55,843 nt of DNA from Caldisericia bacterium (GTDB lineage Bacteria > Caldisericota > Caldisericia > UBA6126). The position numbers and the translations under genes were made by a program. The notes under the pieces were generated by a model. That model had not been told where the DNA came from. It made no database searches and saw only the letters and a program-made list of their open reading frames with translations. Shown here in pieces: positions 26,039 through 35,519 of the stretch (the stretch's first letter is position 1; each line of letters begins with the position of its first letter). Where the stretch lies: the NCBI GenBank assembly GCA_028700655.1, contig JAQVSG010000002.1:1-55843 (forward strand). Reading direction: 5' to 3'.

Positions 26039-26775
26039 CACAATGTGATGCAAATGGAAACACTTTCTTAGTAATGGAACAAGAAGAGGATACTATTAGT
26101 CCAACGCTTTGGTTTCAGAATCATACATGCTCAGAAGATGGCGTTATTTGGTTGTTTGAAAAGAAAAATCAATGGCATATGGAATATTTCAATTGCGATG
26201 GATCTAGAGCAGCAATGTGTGGTAATGGGGCTCGAAGTGCGTATTATTACTTGTACAAAAATAACAAAATATCGTCTGATCAATGGACTTCCTTGAAAAC
26301 ATCCTCTGGCGAGATTCATGGGTTTGTGGATTCCAGTGGGATCCCTACCGTTTCAATGCCACCTCCCATTCTGTTCCGTTCTTTAATTTGGAAGGGTGTA
26401 TTGGTCGACGTTATCAAGGTTGGTGTTCCGCATGTGGCACAACACATCAAAACAAGAAAAGAGTTGGACTCTTTTCCTCTTCACGAATTTTTCACAGCCA
26501 TCCGGATGCATGACTTGATTCCCCCCGAATCGAATGCAGACATTTTCTACTATGAAGACAATCACATATGGCTACGAACTTTTGAAAACGGTGTGAATCG
26601 CGAGACAAAATCATGTGGTACTGGATGCGTAGCTGTTTCGTATTTATTAAAAAATACCCTAAACAGCAATCACAATGAATGGACAGCACATACAAAAGGG
26701 GGCGACGTCTCCGTTTCTATTGACGCAAATTTATATTACTTGAAAGGACAGGTGATTTGTAATGACGCTATTTAA
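26035..26775 (+). CDS. dapF: diaminopimelate epimerase
   Basis: CDANGNTFLV, with catalytic Cys motifs MCGNGARS and SCGTGCVA. An ATGA overlap joins it to the asd stop. Confidence 0.85.
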   Translation: MTQCDANGNTFLVMEQEEDTISPTLWFQNHTCSEDGVIWLFEKKNQWHMEYFNCDGSRAAMCGNGARSAYYYLYKNNKISSDQWTSLKTSSGEIHGFVDSSGIPTVSMPPPILFRSLIWKGVLVDVIKVGVPHVAQHIKTRKELDSFPLHEFFTAIRMHDLIPPESNADIFYYEDNHIWLRTFENGVNRETKSCGTGCVAVSYLLKNTLNSNHNEWTAHTKGGDVSVSIDANLYYLKGQVICNDAI

Positions 26776-27652
26776 TGGTGTAGGAACAGCAGTAATTACT
26801 CCTTTTTTGGAGGATTACTCCATTGATTATTCTAGTTTTGGTAGGTTGCTTGAACAGCAAAGAAGTAGTCAAATGGATGCATGTATTCTTCTCGGAACAA
26901 CAGGTGAATGTCCAGTTATATCGGGGGAAGAACGTAAGAATCTAATTCTGTTTACGAAGGAACATTTGAAAGGTGAAATGCCGATTATACTTGGCACAGG
27001 CAGCAATAACCCAAGCCATGTGGTTGCGTTGAATAAACAAGCAGAAGAACTTGGTGTAGATGGCCTTTTAATAGTGAATCCTTACTATAATAAAAGTACA
27101 CAAAAAGGTCTTGTTGAATACTATTCTTATATAGCAGGAGAAACTACTCTGCCTATCATTCTGTACAATGTCCCTTCAAGAACCGGCATGAATGTTCTCC
27201 CAGAAACTATCATTGAACTCCATCAAAAAGCTCCCTCTATTGTGGCAGTAAAAGAAGCCAGTTCTGATATATCACAAATTAATTGGTTGCTCTCTCAAAA
27301 ACCTCCTTCTCTTGATGTTTACTCAGGAAATGATGATCAAACATTACCCATTTTGTCCATTGGTGGAAAAGGCGTTATATCCGTAGCCTCCAATGTTATT
27401 CCTTCGGAAATGAAATCTTTAACAAAAGCCTTTTTTGAGGGTGATCTGCATACAGCTCAATCTATAAACAATCGTTTGCTACCCTTCATGAAATCGTTAT
27501 TCCTTGAAACAAATCCGTCTCCCGTAAAATTCGCCAATTCTGCACTAGGACGCTGCAAAAACATCCTAAGAAGACCGTTAATCCCCATACAAAAATGCAC
27601 AGAAGATCGTATTGTAATAGAATTACAAAGATTGGGGTATGTATGCAAGTAG
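26762..27652 (+). CDS. dapA: 4-hydroxy-tetrahydrodipicolinate synthase
   Basis: GVGTAVITPF, LLGTTGE, YNVPSRTG, and the Schiff-base Lys in VAVKEAS. Confidence 0.93.
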   Translation: MTLFNGVGTAVITPFLEDYSIDYSSFGRLLEQQRSSQMDACILLGTTGECPVISGEERKNLILFTKEHLKGEMPIILGTGSNNPSHVVALNKQAEELGVDGLLIVNPYYNKSTQKGLVEYYSYIAGETTLPIILYNVPSRTGMNVLPETIIELHQKAPSIVAVKEASSDISQINWLLSQKPPSLDVYSGNDDQTLPILSIGGKGVISVASNVIPSEMKSLTKAFFEGDLHTAQSINNRLLPFMKSLFLETNPSPVKFANSALGRCKNILRRPLIPIQKCTEDRIVIELQRLGYVCK

Positions 27653-28326
27653 GTATTATTGGCTACCTTGGTAAAATGGGGCAAGAACTACTACGGTGTA
27701 TAGAAGAAAACGACGACACCTGTGTATACAAAAAAGATCAAGACAATGAAATTCTTCAAGTTCACCCAGATTGCCTTCTTGATTTTTCTATACCAGAAGC
27801 GATTGCTTCCTCTTGTAAAAAAGCATTGGTGTTTCAATGTCCACTTGTAGTCGGTACTACTGGTCTAGGCAACCAGCATGTAGAAATGCTAGAGAAGACA
27901 TCCAAAAGTGTCCCTGTATTTTATAGTACCAACTACTCTCTGGGAATTCATTGTCTTCATACGATGCTAGCGTCTATACAAAAGCAACTGAAAGACTGGG
28001 ATGTAGGAATCATGGAAACACATCACACAGAAAAAAAGGATGCTCCCAGTGGAACTGCTCTTTCTCTACAAAAAACACTAGCCAGGAATTGTCCTATCCA
28101 ATCATTCCGCCTGAAAGGTGTTCCTGGAGAACATCAAATCATGATTACAAATCAAAATGAAACAATTCACATAAAGCACACGGCGTATTCTAGGAAAGTA
28201 TTTGCATCGGGAGCACTAGATTGTGCTAGATGGCTTCTTTCCCACAAATATGAAAATGGTTTTTTTACTATGAATTCACGATTTAAGGGAGAACAGAATG
28301 AAACAAACAACACAACAAATCATTGA
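27643..28326 (+). CDS. dapB: 4-hydroxy-tetrahydrodipicolinate reductase
   Basis: MQVGIIGYLGKMG and the E(T)HH.K.DAPSGTA motif (METHHTEKKDAPSGTAL). The start at ATG 27643 overlaps the dapA end. Confidence 0.9.
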   Translation: MQVGIIGYLGKMGQELLRCIEENDDTCVYKKDQDNEILQVHPDCLLDFSIPEAIASSCKKALVFQCPLVVGTTGLGNQHVEMLEKTSKSVPVFYSTNYSLGIHCLHTMLASIQKQLKDWDVGIMETHHTEKKDAPSGTALSLQKTLARNCPIQSFRLKGVPGEHQIMITNQNETIHIKHTAYSRKVFASGALDCARWLLSHKYENGFFTMNSRFKGEQNETNNTTNH

Positions 28327-29008
28327 TACAATCTCGAATAGCAAGAAAACGACCCCGGTTCAAGTGTTGGTAAAGGGAGATTTTTGTAAAGACAATGTTA
28401 AAGAATTCGAATTCTACCAAGGACTTGATTTTTGGATTCTATACTCTGACTGGAGTGAAGTGCAACCTTGGATTCAAAAAAATAGAAATAAAATATTGTC
28501 ACTACGAATCGAAACCGATAGAAGAAATTCAGCCATCCCACTGATGGACTTACTACCCTTAGAAGCACGAATAGAACCAGGGGCGTATATTCGAGATATG
28601 GTAACAATAGGAAAAAAAGTTGTGGTAATGATGGGAGCTGTAATTAACATTGGAGCCTCCATAGGTGAGCACACTATGATTGATATGAACGCTGTCATTG
28701 GAGGTAGGGCTGCCATTGGTAACCACTGTCACATAGGCGCAGGAGCTATTGTTGCTGGCGTGATTGAACCTGCCAGTGCAAAACCGGTTACTGTTAAAGA
28801 CCATGTAATGGTTGGTGCCAACGCAGTGATTCTAGAAGGGGTAACCATAGGTGAACACGCTGTGGTAGCCGCTGGGGCAATAGTTACAAAAGATGTTGCA
28901 GCATACACTGTTGTTGCGGGAGCTCCCGCTAAAATCATCAAAAAAGTAGACGATCAAACTGTTTCCAAAACTTCCATTGAGCCATCTCTTAGAAACCTTA
29001 CCCCATGA
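28298..29008 (+). CDS. dapH: 2,3,4,5-tetrahydropyridine-2,6-dicarboxylate N-acetyltransferase
   Basis: The N-terminus ISNSKKTTPVQVLVKGD is typical of DapH. The C-terminus has hexapeptide (LbH) repeats. Confidence 0.85.
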   Translation: MKQTTQQIIDTISNSKKTTPVQVLVKGDFCKDNVKEFEFYQGLDFWILYSDWSEVQPWIQKNRNKILSLRIETDRRNSAIPLMDLLPLEARIEPGAYIRDMVTIGKKVVVMMGAVINIGASIGEHTMIDMNAVIGGRAAIGNHCHIGAGAIVAGVIEPASAKPVTVKDHVMVGANAVILEGVTIGEHAVVAAGAIVTKDVAAYTVVAGAPAKIIKKVDDQTVSKTSIEPSLRNLTP

Positions 29009-30207
29009 AACTTGTTGTCCAAAAATATGGAGGTAGTTCTTTAAAAGACCGATACTCTCTAGAGAAGGTTCTATGTAAAATCCATACTACAAAGAAGGAT
29101 TTTGAAAAAATCGTTGTTGTCGTATCGGCAATGGGAAAAACGACCAATGACCTCCTAGATATGGTTCGTTCGTACACAACCAAAAAACATCCCAGAGAGT
29201 TGGACATGCTTCTTACAACGGGTGAACAAGTATCTGCTTCTATCTTGTCTATGGTACTACAGGAACATGGTTTTGCCAGTGTATCTTTAAATGCTTATCA
29301 AGCTGGAATTACGACGAACAAAATTTGGGGGGAAGCAAATATTCAAAAGATCAATACAAAGCGGATCCGTTCGAAACTCCGTAACTATGATGTCATTGTA
29401 ATTACAGGTTTTCAGGGGATTACCGATCAAAACGAGATGACTACTCTTGGAAGAGGGGGCTCGGATACAACTGCAGTAGCTCTTGCAGCTTCACTTTCAT
29501 GTCCTTGTCATATTTTTAGCGATGTAGATGGCGTGTATTCCGTCGATCCAAAACTTTATCCTGATGCCATGAAACTACCATATATAAGCTACGAAGAAAT
29601 GTTAGAAATGTCTAGGCAAGGTTCGGGAATACTTCACGATCGATCCATCGAAATTGCTCAAAAGTTTGAAATCCCCATTTATTGTGCTTCAACATTCAGT
29701 GAGAAAGAAGGTAGTATGATTTTTCGTACCATTGAAACTACACATACAAAACCTGTTATTGGTATCAGTGTATTGAGCAAACAGTGGTTAATTACGACAA
29801 ATACAAAGGGAACAGATCCAACTTTTCTAAAAACCATCACTACCGTTTTGCAAAAATACTCCCTTAATATTGATATGATTGCCCTTTCCAATCATACAGA
29901 AAACTGGTCTTTGTCGATGACAGTATGGGAAGATGATTATGAAACTGCCCAAGACACATTGGAAAAAGCACAAAAAGTTCTTACATCAATGTCGCAATCT
30001 GTCATTGTGCAAGGGAATTTATCCAAAATTACATTGGTAGGATCAAACATGAGAAAGACTGTTGGAGTGACGGATATGATTTTTGAAGTCATACCACCCA
30101 ACGATATTTATATGATTACTACATCGGAGGTTAGTATATCTCTATTGGTGTCTAGCGATAAAGCAAACAAAACCATAGCAAAGCTGGCTAGGAGGTTTTC
30201 ATTGTGA
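29005..30207 (+). CDS. lysC: aspartate kinase
   Basis: VVQKYGGSSL, VVVVSAMGKTTN and LGRGGSDTTA, with two C-terminal ACT domains. An ATGA overlap joins it to dapH. Confidence 0.92.
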   Translation: MKLVVQKYGGSSLKDRYSLEKVLCKIHTTKKDFEKIVVVVSAMGKTTNDLLDMVRSYTTKKHPRELDMLLTTGEQVSASILSMVLQEHGFASVSLNAYQAGITTNKIWGEANIQKINTKRIRSKLRNYDVIVITGFQGITDQNEMTTLGRGGSDTTAVALAASLSCPCHIFSDVDGVYSVDPKLYPDAMKLPYISYEEMLEMSRQGSGILHDRSIEIAQKFEIPIYCASTFSEKEGSMIFRTIETTHTKPVIGISVLSKQWLITTNTKGTDPTFLKTITTVLQKYSLNIDMIALSNHTENWSLSMTVWEDDYETAQDTLEKAQKVLTSMSQSVIVQGNLSKITLVGSNMRKTVGVTDMIFEVIPPNDIYMITTSEVSISLLVSSDKANKTIAKLARRFSL

Positions 30208-31358
30208 ACATTTCCATATACAACTCTTTTCCTATCCATGTCAAAAAAGCTATGGGATGCATTGTTGAAAGTACTGAAGGCATATCGTATGTAGATACGT
30301 TTTCAGGAATAGGTGTCATGTTATTGGGACATAGTTATGAACCTGTTCTAGAAAGCATCCGAAACAGAATACAAGATTATATGCACCTTTCCAATTACTT
30401 TCCCGTAGAAGATGCTACCAGTGTTGAGAATATATTGCTATCGGCTACCGAAATGAAGCAAGGAGGGTTGTTTTATACAAATTCTGGAACAGAAGCTACA
30501 GAAGCAGCTCTTCGGATTGTTAAAAAGAGAGAAACATGCTCCAAGAAAACAATTATTCACTTCTCCGGTAGTTTTCATGGAAGAACACTTGGCTCTCTAT
30601 CTCTTCTTAGAGATGGATTCGTAAAAGAACGTTTTGGACCTCTTCTACCCAATATTCAATCGCTTGAGTGGAACAATGAAGAAGCTTTTGATAAATATAT
30701 GAATGCAAATGGCCAAGAAGTATTGGCCATCTTTGTTGAGACTATACAAGGTTCCGGTGGCATTCGCATTATATCCGACTCTATGGCTGAGAAGTTAAAG
30801 CACTACCAGAAACAATACAATATTCTTCTTGTTTGTGATGAAATCCAATCTGGATTAGGTAGAACTGGAAAGTGGTTTGCGTTCCAACATTGGGGATTGC
30901 AACCGGATATTGTTCTTGTTGGCAAAGGTCTTGGTGGCGGCCTTCCTTTGGGAGCAACCATCTTCTCCGAGGAACTTCGATATGAGTTTTTACCGGGTGA
31001 TCATGGGTCCACATTCGCGCCCAATCCAGTAGCGCTAGCAGCAGCAAAAACGGTCCTTAGCGAAATCCCGTCTTGCATTTCATATATTCAAAAAATGACA
31101 CCATGGGTACAAGAATTTATATGTACAATGCTAGGGAATTGCATCAAAGACTTTCGACAAAAAGGCTTTATGATAGGAATAGATCCTATTCAATCAGCAA
31201 AGGAAATGGTTCAAATAGGTCGAGAATACCATCATGTTCTTCTAAATGTTACATACAACGGAACTATACGATTGTTACCTCCGTTAAATACAACAAAAGA
31301 AGATTGGAGTTTGATGATTACACCTTTACAAAAAACATTACAGCAGTGTATCATATGA
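30204..31358 (+). CDS. class III PLP aminotransferase (acetylornithine / N-acyl-LL-diaminopimelate aminotransferase type)
   Basis: GTG start in a GTGA overlap. Motifs are SGTEATEAA, LVCDEIQSGLGRTG, and the PLP Lys in LVGKGLGGGLP. Operon context suggests N-acetyl-DAP aminotransferase. Confidence 0.8.
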   Translation: MNISIYNSFPIHVKKAMGCIVESTEGISYVDTFSGIGVMLLGHSYEPVLESIRNRIQDYMHLSNYFPVEDATSVENILLSATEMKQGGLFYTNSGTEATEAALRIVKKRETCSKKTIIHFSGSFHGRTLGSLSLLRDGFVKERFGPLLPNIQSLEWNNEEAFDKYMNANGQEVLAIFVETIQGSGGIRIISDSMAEKLKHYQKQYNILLVCDEIQSGLGRTGKWFAFQHWGLQPDIVLVGKGLGGGLPLGATIFSEELRYEFLPGDHGSTFAPNPVALAAAKTVLSEIPSCISYIQKMTPWVQEFICTMLGNCIKDFRQKGFMIGIDPIQSAKEMVQIGREYHHVLLNVTYNGTIRLLPPLNTTKEDWSLMITPLQKTLQQCII

Positions 31359-32560
31359 AGCCACTATTAGAACATATTGCCAATGCTGTAAACACACCCT
31401 TTTTCCTCTATCATGAATCTATGATTAAATCTCGCATAGAAGACGTTTTAAACGTATTTTCTACTGTAGATTTTCAGCCAACATTTGCTGTAAAAGCAAA
31501 TGCAAACCCCTTTCTACTGTCTGTCTTCCATGCATACGGAATTGGTGCCGATTTTATTTCCAGAGGTGAATTCGAAGCATCTCGAGCTGGGGGTATACCT
31601 ACTAGTAAAATGACCTGGAATGGAAATGTGAAGTCGGAAGATGATATGCTCTTTTTTTCCAAACAAGGTATTCAAAATGTTAATATTGATTCCATAGGGG
31701 AACTTCAAAAATGGGGACACTTGAAAAAGAATCACAATGTACCCTTACCATCCTTATTTCTACGTATTAACCCTTCGATCGAAGTATCAACTCACCCCTA
31801 TATAAAAACTGGCATGAAACAACATAAATTTGGGATTTCTTTGCACGATATTGATACCTGTTTACGCATTGCTCAAGAAGTTGGTTTAACATTGCAAGGA
31901 TTCCATATTCATATAGGATCGCAAATAACCGACTCAGATTCTTTTGAAAAGGCCTATTCAACCATATCAAAACTATCACGACAATATGGTTTTACAAACA
32001 TTAACATAGGCGGAGGATGGGGTATTCCTTATTTTGATAAAAAGCAACTCGACCTACAACAAATGAAATCATTTGTTACATCCTTGTTTTCCCATTTTCG
32101 TATTTGGTGTGAAATGGGCCGCTACTTGATCGGTGAAGCTGGTTGGTACATCGTACGAGCCTGCGAGAATCGCGAATCCGAAGTGGAAACAATGTGTATC
32201 ACGGACGGGGGTATGAATCACTTACTCCGACCCTCTTTGTACAAAGCTCATCACTCATTTAGTTCAACAGATCCGATCCCACAAAAGAAATCGGTTCGCA
32301 TCATGGGTCGACTTTGTGAAACAGGGGATATACTGGTACCATCGACTGTCCAAAATTGTCCTAAGGAAGGTTCGCTTATTGCCATTCACCAAAGTGGTGC
32401 CTACGGTTTTTCTATGGCTAACCACTACAATGGTTTTCCTCTTCCTGCTGAAGTTTTCCTATCCCAAAATGGGGAATGGACTATCATACGAAAAGCCGAA
32501 TCAAACACCTGTTTTTTGGATCAGTGCGACTCAGGAGAACGCTATGATATCACCCACTGA
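31355..32560 (+). CDS. lysA: diaminopimelate decarboxylase
   Basis: NTPFFLYHE, the PLP Lys in FAVKAN, NIGGGWGIPY, CETGD and SGAYG. The start at ATG 31355 forms an ATGA overlap. The 5' extension in the ORF track is out of context. Confidence 0.92.
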   Translation: MKPLLEHIANAVNTPFFLYHESMIKSRIEDVLNVFSTVDFQPTFAVKANANPFLLSVFHAYGIGADFISRGEFEASRAGGIPTSKMTWNGNVKSEDDMLFFSKQGIQNVNIDSIGELQKWGHLKKNHNVPLPSLFLRINPSIEVSTHPYIKTGMKQHKFGISLHDIDTCLRIAQEVGLTLQGFHIHIGSQITDSDSFEKAYSTISKLSRQYGFTNINIGGGWGIPYFDKKQLDLQQMKSFVTSLFSHFRIWCEMGRYLIGEAGWYIVRACENRESEVETMCITDGGMNHLLRPSLYKAHHSFSSTDPIPQKKSVRIMGRLCETGDILVPSTVQNCPKEGSLIAIHQSGAYGFSMANHYNGFPLPAEVFLSQNGEWTIIRKAESNTCFLDQCDSGERYDITH

Positions 32561-33626
32561 ACTTCGCACATGGATGCATAGAAATCCAGAACCAGCCTTT
32601 CATGAAAATAAAATAACTCATCTGTTGCTGCAAGAACTTTCTTCTATCCCTTCTGTGAAAACATTCCAACCCCTTGATACAGGGCTCCTGGTTTCCTATG
32701 AAGGTTCAAAATCTCTTCCTTATACTCTTATTCGGGCCGACATCGATGCGTTGCCAATATCCAGCGATAGTCCTGGCATTGTAAAAGCCTCTCACCTATG
32801 TGGTCATGACGTCCACACAGCTATTCTCTGGGGAATACTGAAGAAAGCAATCGATACGATGCCTGAGAAAAACATCCTATTTCTGTTTCAACCCGGTGAA
32901 GAATCAGGCGATGGTGCCAGACGTATTCTCCAGTCGAATATACTAAAAAAGTGGCCGTTAAAGAACTGTTTTGCATTGCATGTCCATGATGCATATCCGC
33001 TAGGCACCATTGCTACCAACAATACAACGCTTTTCGCAGCATCGCAAGAAATAGATATCATGTTTCAAGGTGTGCAAGGACATATAGCCTATCCAGAAAA
33101 AGGCATTGATGCATGGAAAGCATGTACTTGTTTTTGTTCTCAATGGGATCAGGTAAAAACCTGCAAAGACTCTTTTTTAGGGATCGGTCGCGTTGTTGCT
33201 GGTGTTACAAGAAATTGCATTCCTGCGGAAGCAACCATGCTTCTTACAGCAAGAGCTTCTTCCATTGAAAAACGGCAGGAAGTACTGGAGCAAATACAAA
33301 GAATCGTGGGGAACATAGAAAAACAACAAGGTATAAAAGGTTCCATATTGAAACATTCTAGCTGTCCTCCTGTTCAAAACGACCCATTGTTGTATGAAAC
33401 TTCGTGTAGAGTTTTAAACAGTACATTCCCTGTTGTTACTACAGATATGGTTTGGGCAGCAGAAGACTTTGGAACCTTCTCTTCTCAGTTTCCCAGCTTT
33501 ATGTTTTGGTTGGGGACACATACTACGGGTATTGAAGAGGTAGGACTGCATCATCCCGATTTCTACCCTCATGATGACGCCATTTCGTATGGTATTCAAG
33601 CGTTTTCTTGTTTGCTTGAATTGTAA
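32544..33626 (+). CDS. M20-family amidohydrolase, probable N-acetyldiaminopimelate deacetylase
   Basis: LRTWMHRNPEPAFHE, RADIDALP, CGHDVH and QPGEE. It is the last gene of the acetyl-DAP operon, with its start at ATG 32544. Confidence 0.75.
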   Translation: MISPTELRTWMHRNPEPAFHENKITHLLLQELSSIPSVKTFQPLDTGLLVSYEGSKSLPYTLIRADIDALPISSDSPGIVKASHLCGHDVHTAILWGILKKAIDTMPEKNILFLFQPGEESGDGARRILQSNILKKWPLKNCFALHVHDAYPLGTIATNNTTLFAASQEIDIMFQGVQGHIAYPEKGIDAWKACTCFCSQWDQVKTCKDSFLGIGRVVAGVTRNCIPAEATMLLTARASSIEKRQEVLEQIQRIVGNIEKQQGIKGSILKHSSCPPVQNDPLLYETSCRVLNSTFPVVTTDMVWAAEDFGTFSSQFPSFMFWLGTHTTGIEEVGLHHPDFYPHDDAISYGIQAFSCLLEL

Positions 33627-33642
33627 TCTCAACGTAGTAATG

Positions 33643-33702
33643 AGTTCCTTCTCTTGTATTTTTTTAGGCATCCAATTGTTGCAAGTTAAGGAACTTTTTT
33701 TT
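33643..33702 (+). terminator. possible terminator after the lysine operon
   Basis: AGTTCCTT ... AAGGAACT is followed by T8, but the loop is long (~37 nt). Confidence 0.35.
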
Positions 33703-33758
33703 GTTTCTGGAATTTACTACTTGATGTTTTAATCTCTTATTATTTCGAGGAGGATATT

Positions 33759-34202
33759 ATGGCTGTTGTAACTTTTAAAGCTGTCTCTAAACAATTAGAA
33801 GGTTTTACTGTAGAGAATGAATCAAGAAATTTCAAAGTACTTATGGATGAACCCCCCTCATTGGGCGGTACCGATAAAGGCATGAATCCTGTGGAAGCAA
33901 TTTTGTGTGCTTTAGGTTCTTGTCAATGTATTGTTGGTGCTGCTTTTGCCAAACAATTTAATATTGAACTTAAGGGTATTTGGGCTGAAATCGAAGGAGA
34001 CCTTGATCCAGATGGTTTCTTACAGGGAAAACCTGGTGTTCCTGTAGGTTTTAAAGAAGTACGCATTCATTTACATTTAAAAGCAGATGTAGACGATGAA
34101 AAGAAAATGGAGTTTGCGCATTTCATTGAATCCCGTTGTCCTGTGGGCAAAACCATGGCATTACCTACGGATGTTAAAATTGCCAGTGTCGAAGTAGAAT
34201 AA
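33759..34202 (+). CDS. OsmC-family protein (peroxiredoxin-like)
   Basis: 147 aa with MNPVEAILCALGSC and ESRCPV motifs and a GAGGAGGA SD. Confidence 0.8.
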   Translation: MAVVTFKAVSKQLEGFTVENESRNFKVLMDEPPSLGGTDKGMNPVEAILCALGSCQCIVGAAFAKQFNIELKGIWAEIEGDLDPDGFLQGKPGVPVGFKEVRIHLHLKADVDDEKKMEFAHFIESRCPVGKTMALPTDVKIASVEVE

Positions 34203-34220
34203 AAAAAAAGGTTATAATGG

Positions 34221-34259
34221 GAGAAACCCTTGTATTCAAAAAGGGTTTCTCTCATTTTT
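34221..34259 (+). terminator. rho-independent terminator of the OsmC gene
   Basis: GAGAAACCCTT-9 nt loop-AAGGGTTTCTC (11-bp perfect stem) followed by TCATTTTT. Confidence 0.8.
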
Positions 34260-34307
34260 ACAAGAAAGTATGGTATACTTCATCAATCCGTTTTTTTGGA
34301 GGAACCG

Positions 34308-35081
34308 TTGAATTCGCAAAACAGTGTTGAAGATGTTATAAAATCACGTTTTTCGTGTCGTAAATATGAGTCAAAACGAATCGATCCTACCACCAAAAAA
34401 GAACTTGATACCTATCTAAATACGGAAGAAACAGAACACTTCGATTTCTCAATTGCATATTCTTCACGGTATCAACACGATTACATTATTGCCTGTATAG
34501 ATCCTGCTTCAACTAATTCTCTTCAATTTGGTAAACATTTTGAGCGTGTTGTCTTGACCTGTACTCAAATGGGTTTAGCCACGTGTTGGACAGGTATTTT
34601 TCCTCAGCATCATTTTCGCGTTCTTGCTTCTTCCACACGCCATGCCTCAGTAGGTATGATTACCCCCATTGGCTATGCTGCATCCATGCCGCCAAAAAAA
34701 CAGAAAAAACCCTGGAATGAATTGTTCTTTTCTGAGTCTTCCTATACCCCCCTTGATCCTTCTTCTTGTACCATGTATAAAGAATGCTTGGAAATGGTAC
34801 GCCTTGCCCCTTCAGGAATGAATCTTCAACCCTGGAGAGTTGTATACCAAAAAGGACATTTTCACTTTTTTCTTCAAAGAACAAAGGGTATTATTGGTTT
34901 TGCTTTTCAATCGTTGCTGTTGGACTTACAGAAAGTAGATATGGGCATTGCCCTTTGTCATTTTGAGTTAACTGCTCGAGAACGTGATTTGCCTGGGGAA
35001 TGGACGATGTCCCCTCCAACACTTTCTTACAAAGAGTGGGAGTATATTCAAACTTGGCAATATGATTACACACTTTTATAA
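34308..35081 (+). CDS. nitroreductase-family protein (TM1586-like)
   Basis: VIKSRFSCRKY and VRLAPSGMNLQPWR. I chose TTG 34308 (GGAGGA SD 4 nt upstream) because the ORF-track start at 34230 lies inside the upstream terminator. Confidence 0.7.
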   Translation: MNSQNSVEDVIKSRFSCRKYESKRIDPTTKKELDTYLNTEETEHFDFSIAYSSRYQHDYIIACIDPASTNSLQFGKHFERVVLTCTQMGLATCWTGIFPQHHFRVLASSTRHASVGMITPIGYAASMPPKKQKKPWNELFFSESSYTPLDPSSCTMYKECLEMVRLAPSGMNLQPWRVVYQKGHFHFFLQRTKGIIGFAFQSLLLDLQKVDMGIALCHFELTARERDLPGEWTMSPPTLSYKEWEYIQTWQYDYTLL

Positions 35082-35091
35082 GGAGTAGAGT

Positions 35092-35391
35092 ATGGAAAAT
35101 ACGCATGTAGGCTTAATTGGTATTGTTGTTAAAAACCGTGAATGTACCGCATCAAAGGTGAATCAAGTTCTTTCTGATCATGCCCATATTATCGTCGGTC
35201 GTATGGGTGTTCCTTATGATCAACGCAAAGTATCCTTTATTTCTTTGATGATTGATGCCAACCAAGAACAAATCAAGGATTTTGAAAATGACTTAGCAGG
35301 GATCCTTGGTATTAGTGTTTCTTCCAACCTGGTTGAAATACCCAAAGAAGATGGTTGTGATTGCGGTTGCGGTTGTGGTTGTATGAACTAG
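35092..35391 (+). CDS. TM1266-like putative iron-only hydrogenase system regulator (ACT/NikR-C-like), with a Cys-Gly repeat tail
   Basis: VGLIGIVVKNRE...IIVGRMGVPY...ISLMIDAN resembles the TM1266/TIGR03959 family as I recall it. The C-terminus reads DGCDCGCGCGCMN. Confidence 0.65.
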   Translation: MENTHVGLIGIVVKNRECTASKVNQVLSDHAHIIVGRMGVPYDQRKVSFISLMIDANQEQIKDFENDLAGILGISVSSNLVEIPKEDGCDCGCGCGCMN

Positions 35392-35519
35392 TAATTTATA
35401 ACGTTTTTTAAATTTATTACATTTGATCCTGAGAACAAGGATTATTTCTGAGATCAGGGGAGTCAATAATTCGACAATTATTGCATTTCCCACTCCCGGA
35501 TCCAAAGGAGTGTTTTTTT

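Noticed and set aside
31073-31354. 94-codon 5' extension of the lysA ORF. Analogous extensions occur at 32316-32543, 25954-26034, 25004-25081, 27595-27642 and 35481-35519.
   Set aside because: The extensions overlap the preceding well-supported gene in another frame. The conserved N-termini begin at internal ATGs that form ATGA overlaps or have SD sequences.
34230-34307. TTG-initiated 5' part of the nitroreductase ORF
   Set aside because: It would start inside the 11-bp-stem terminator of the OsmC gene. A TTG with a GGAGGA SD at 34308 fits better.
35350-35388. The short GGTTG(C/T) tandem repeat as a CRISPR or other non-coding repeat
   Set aside because: It is only about four units, in frame, and lies inside a coding sequence where it encodes Cys-Gly. 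No spacers are present.
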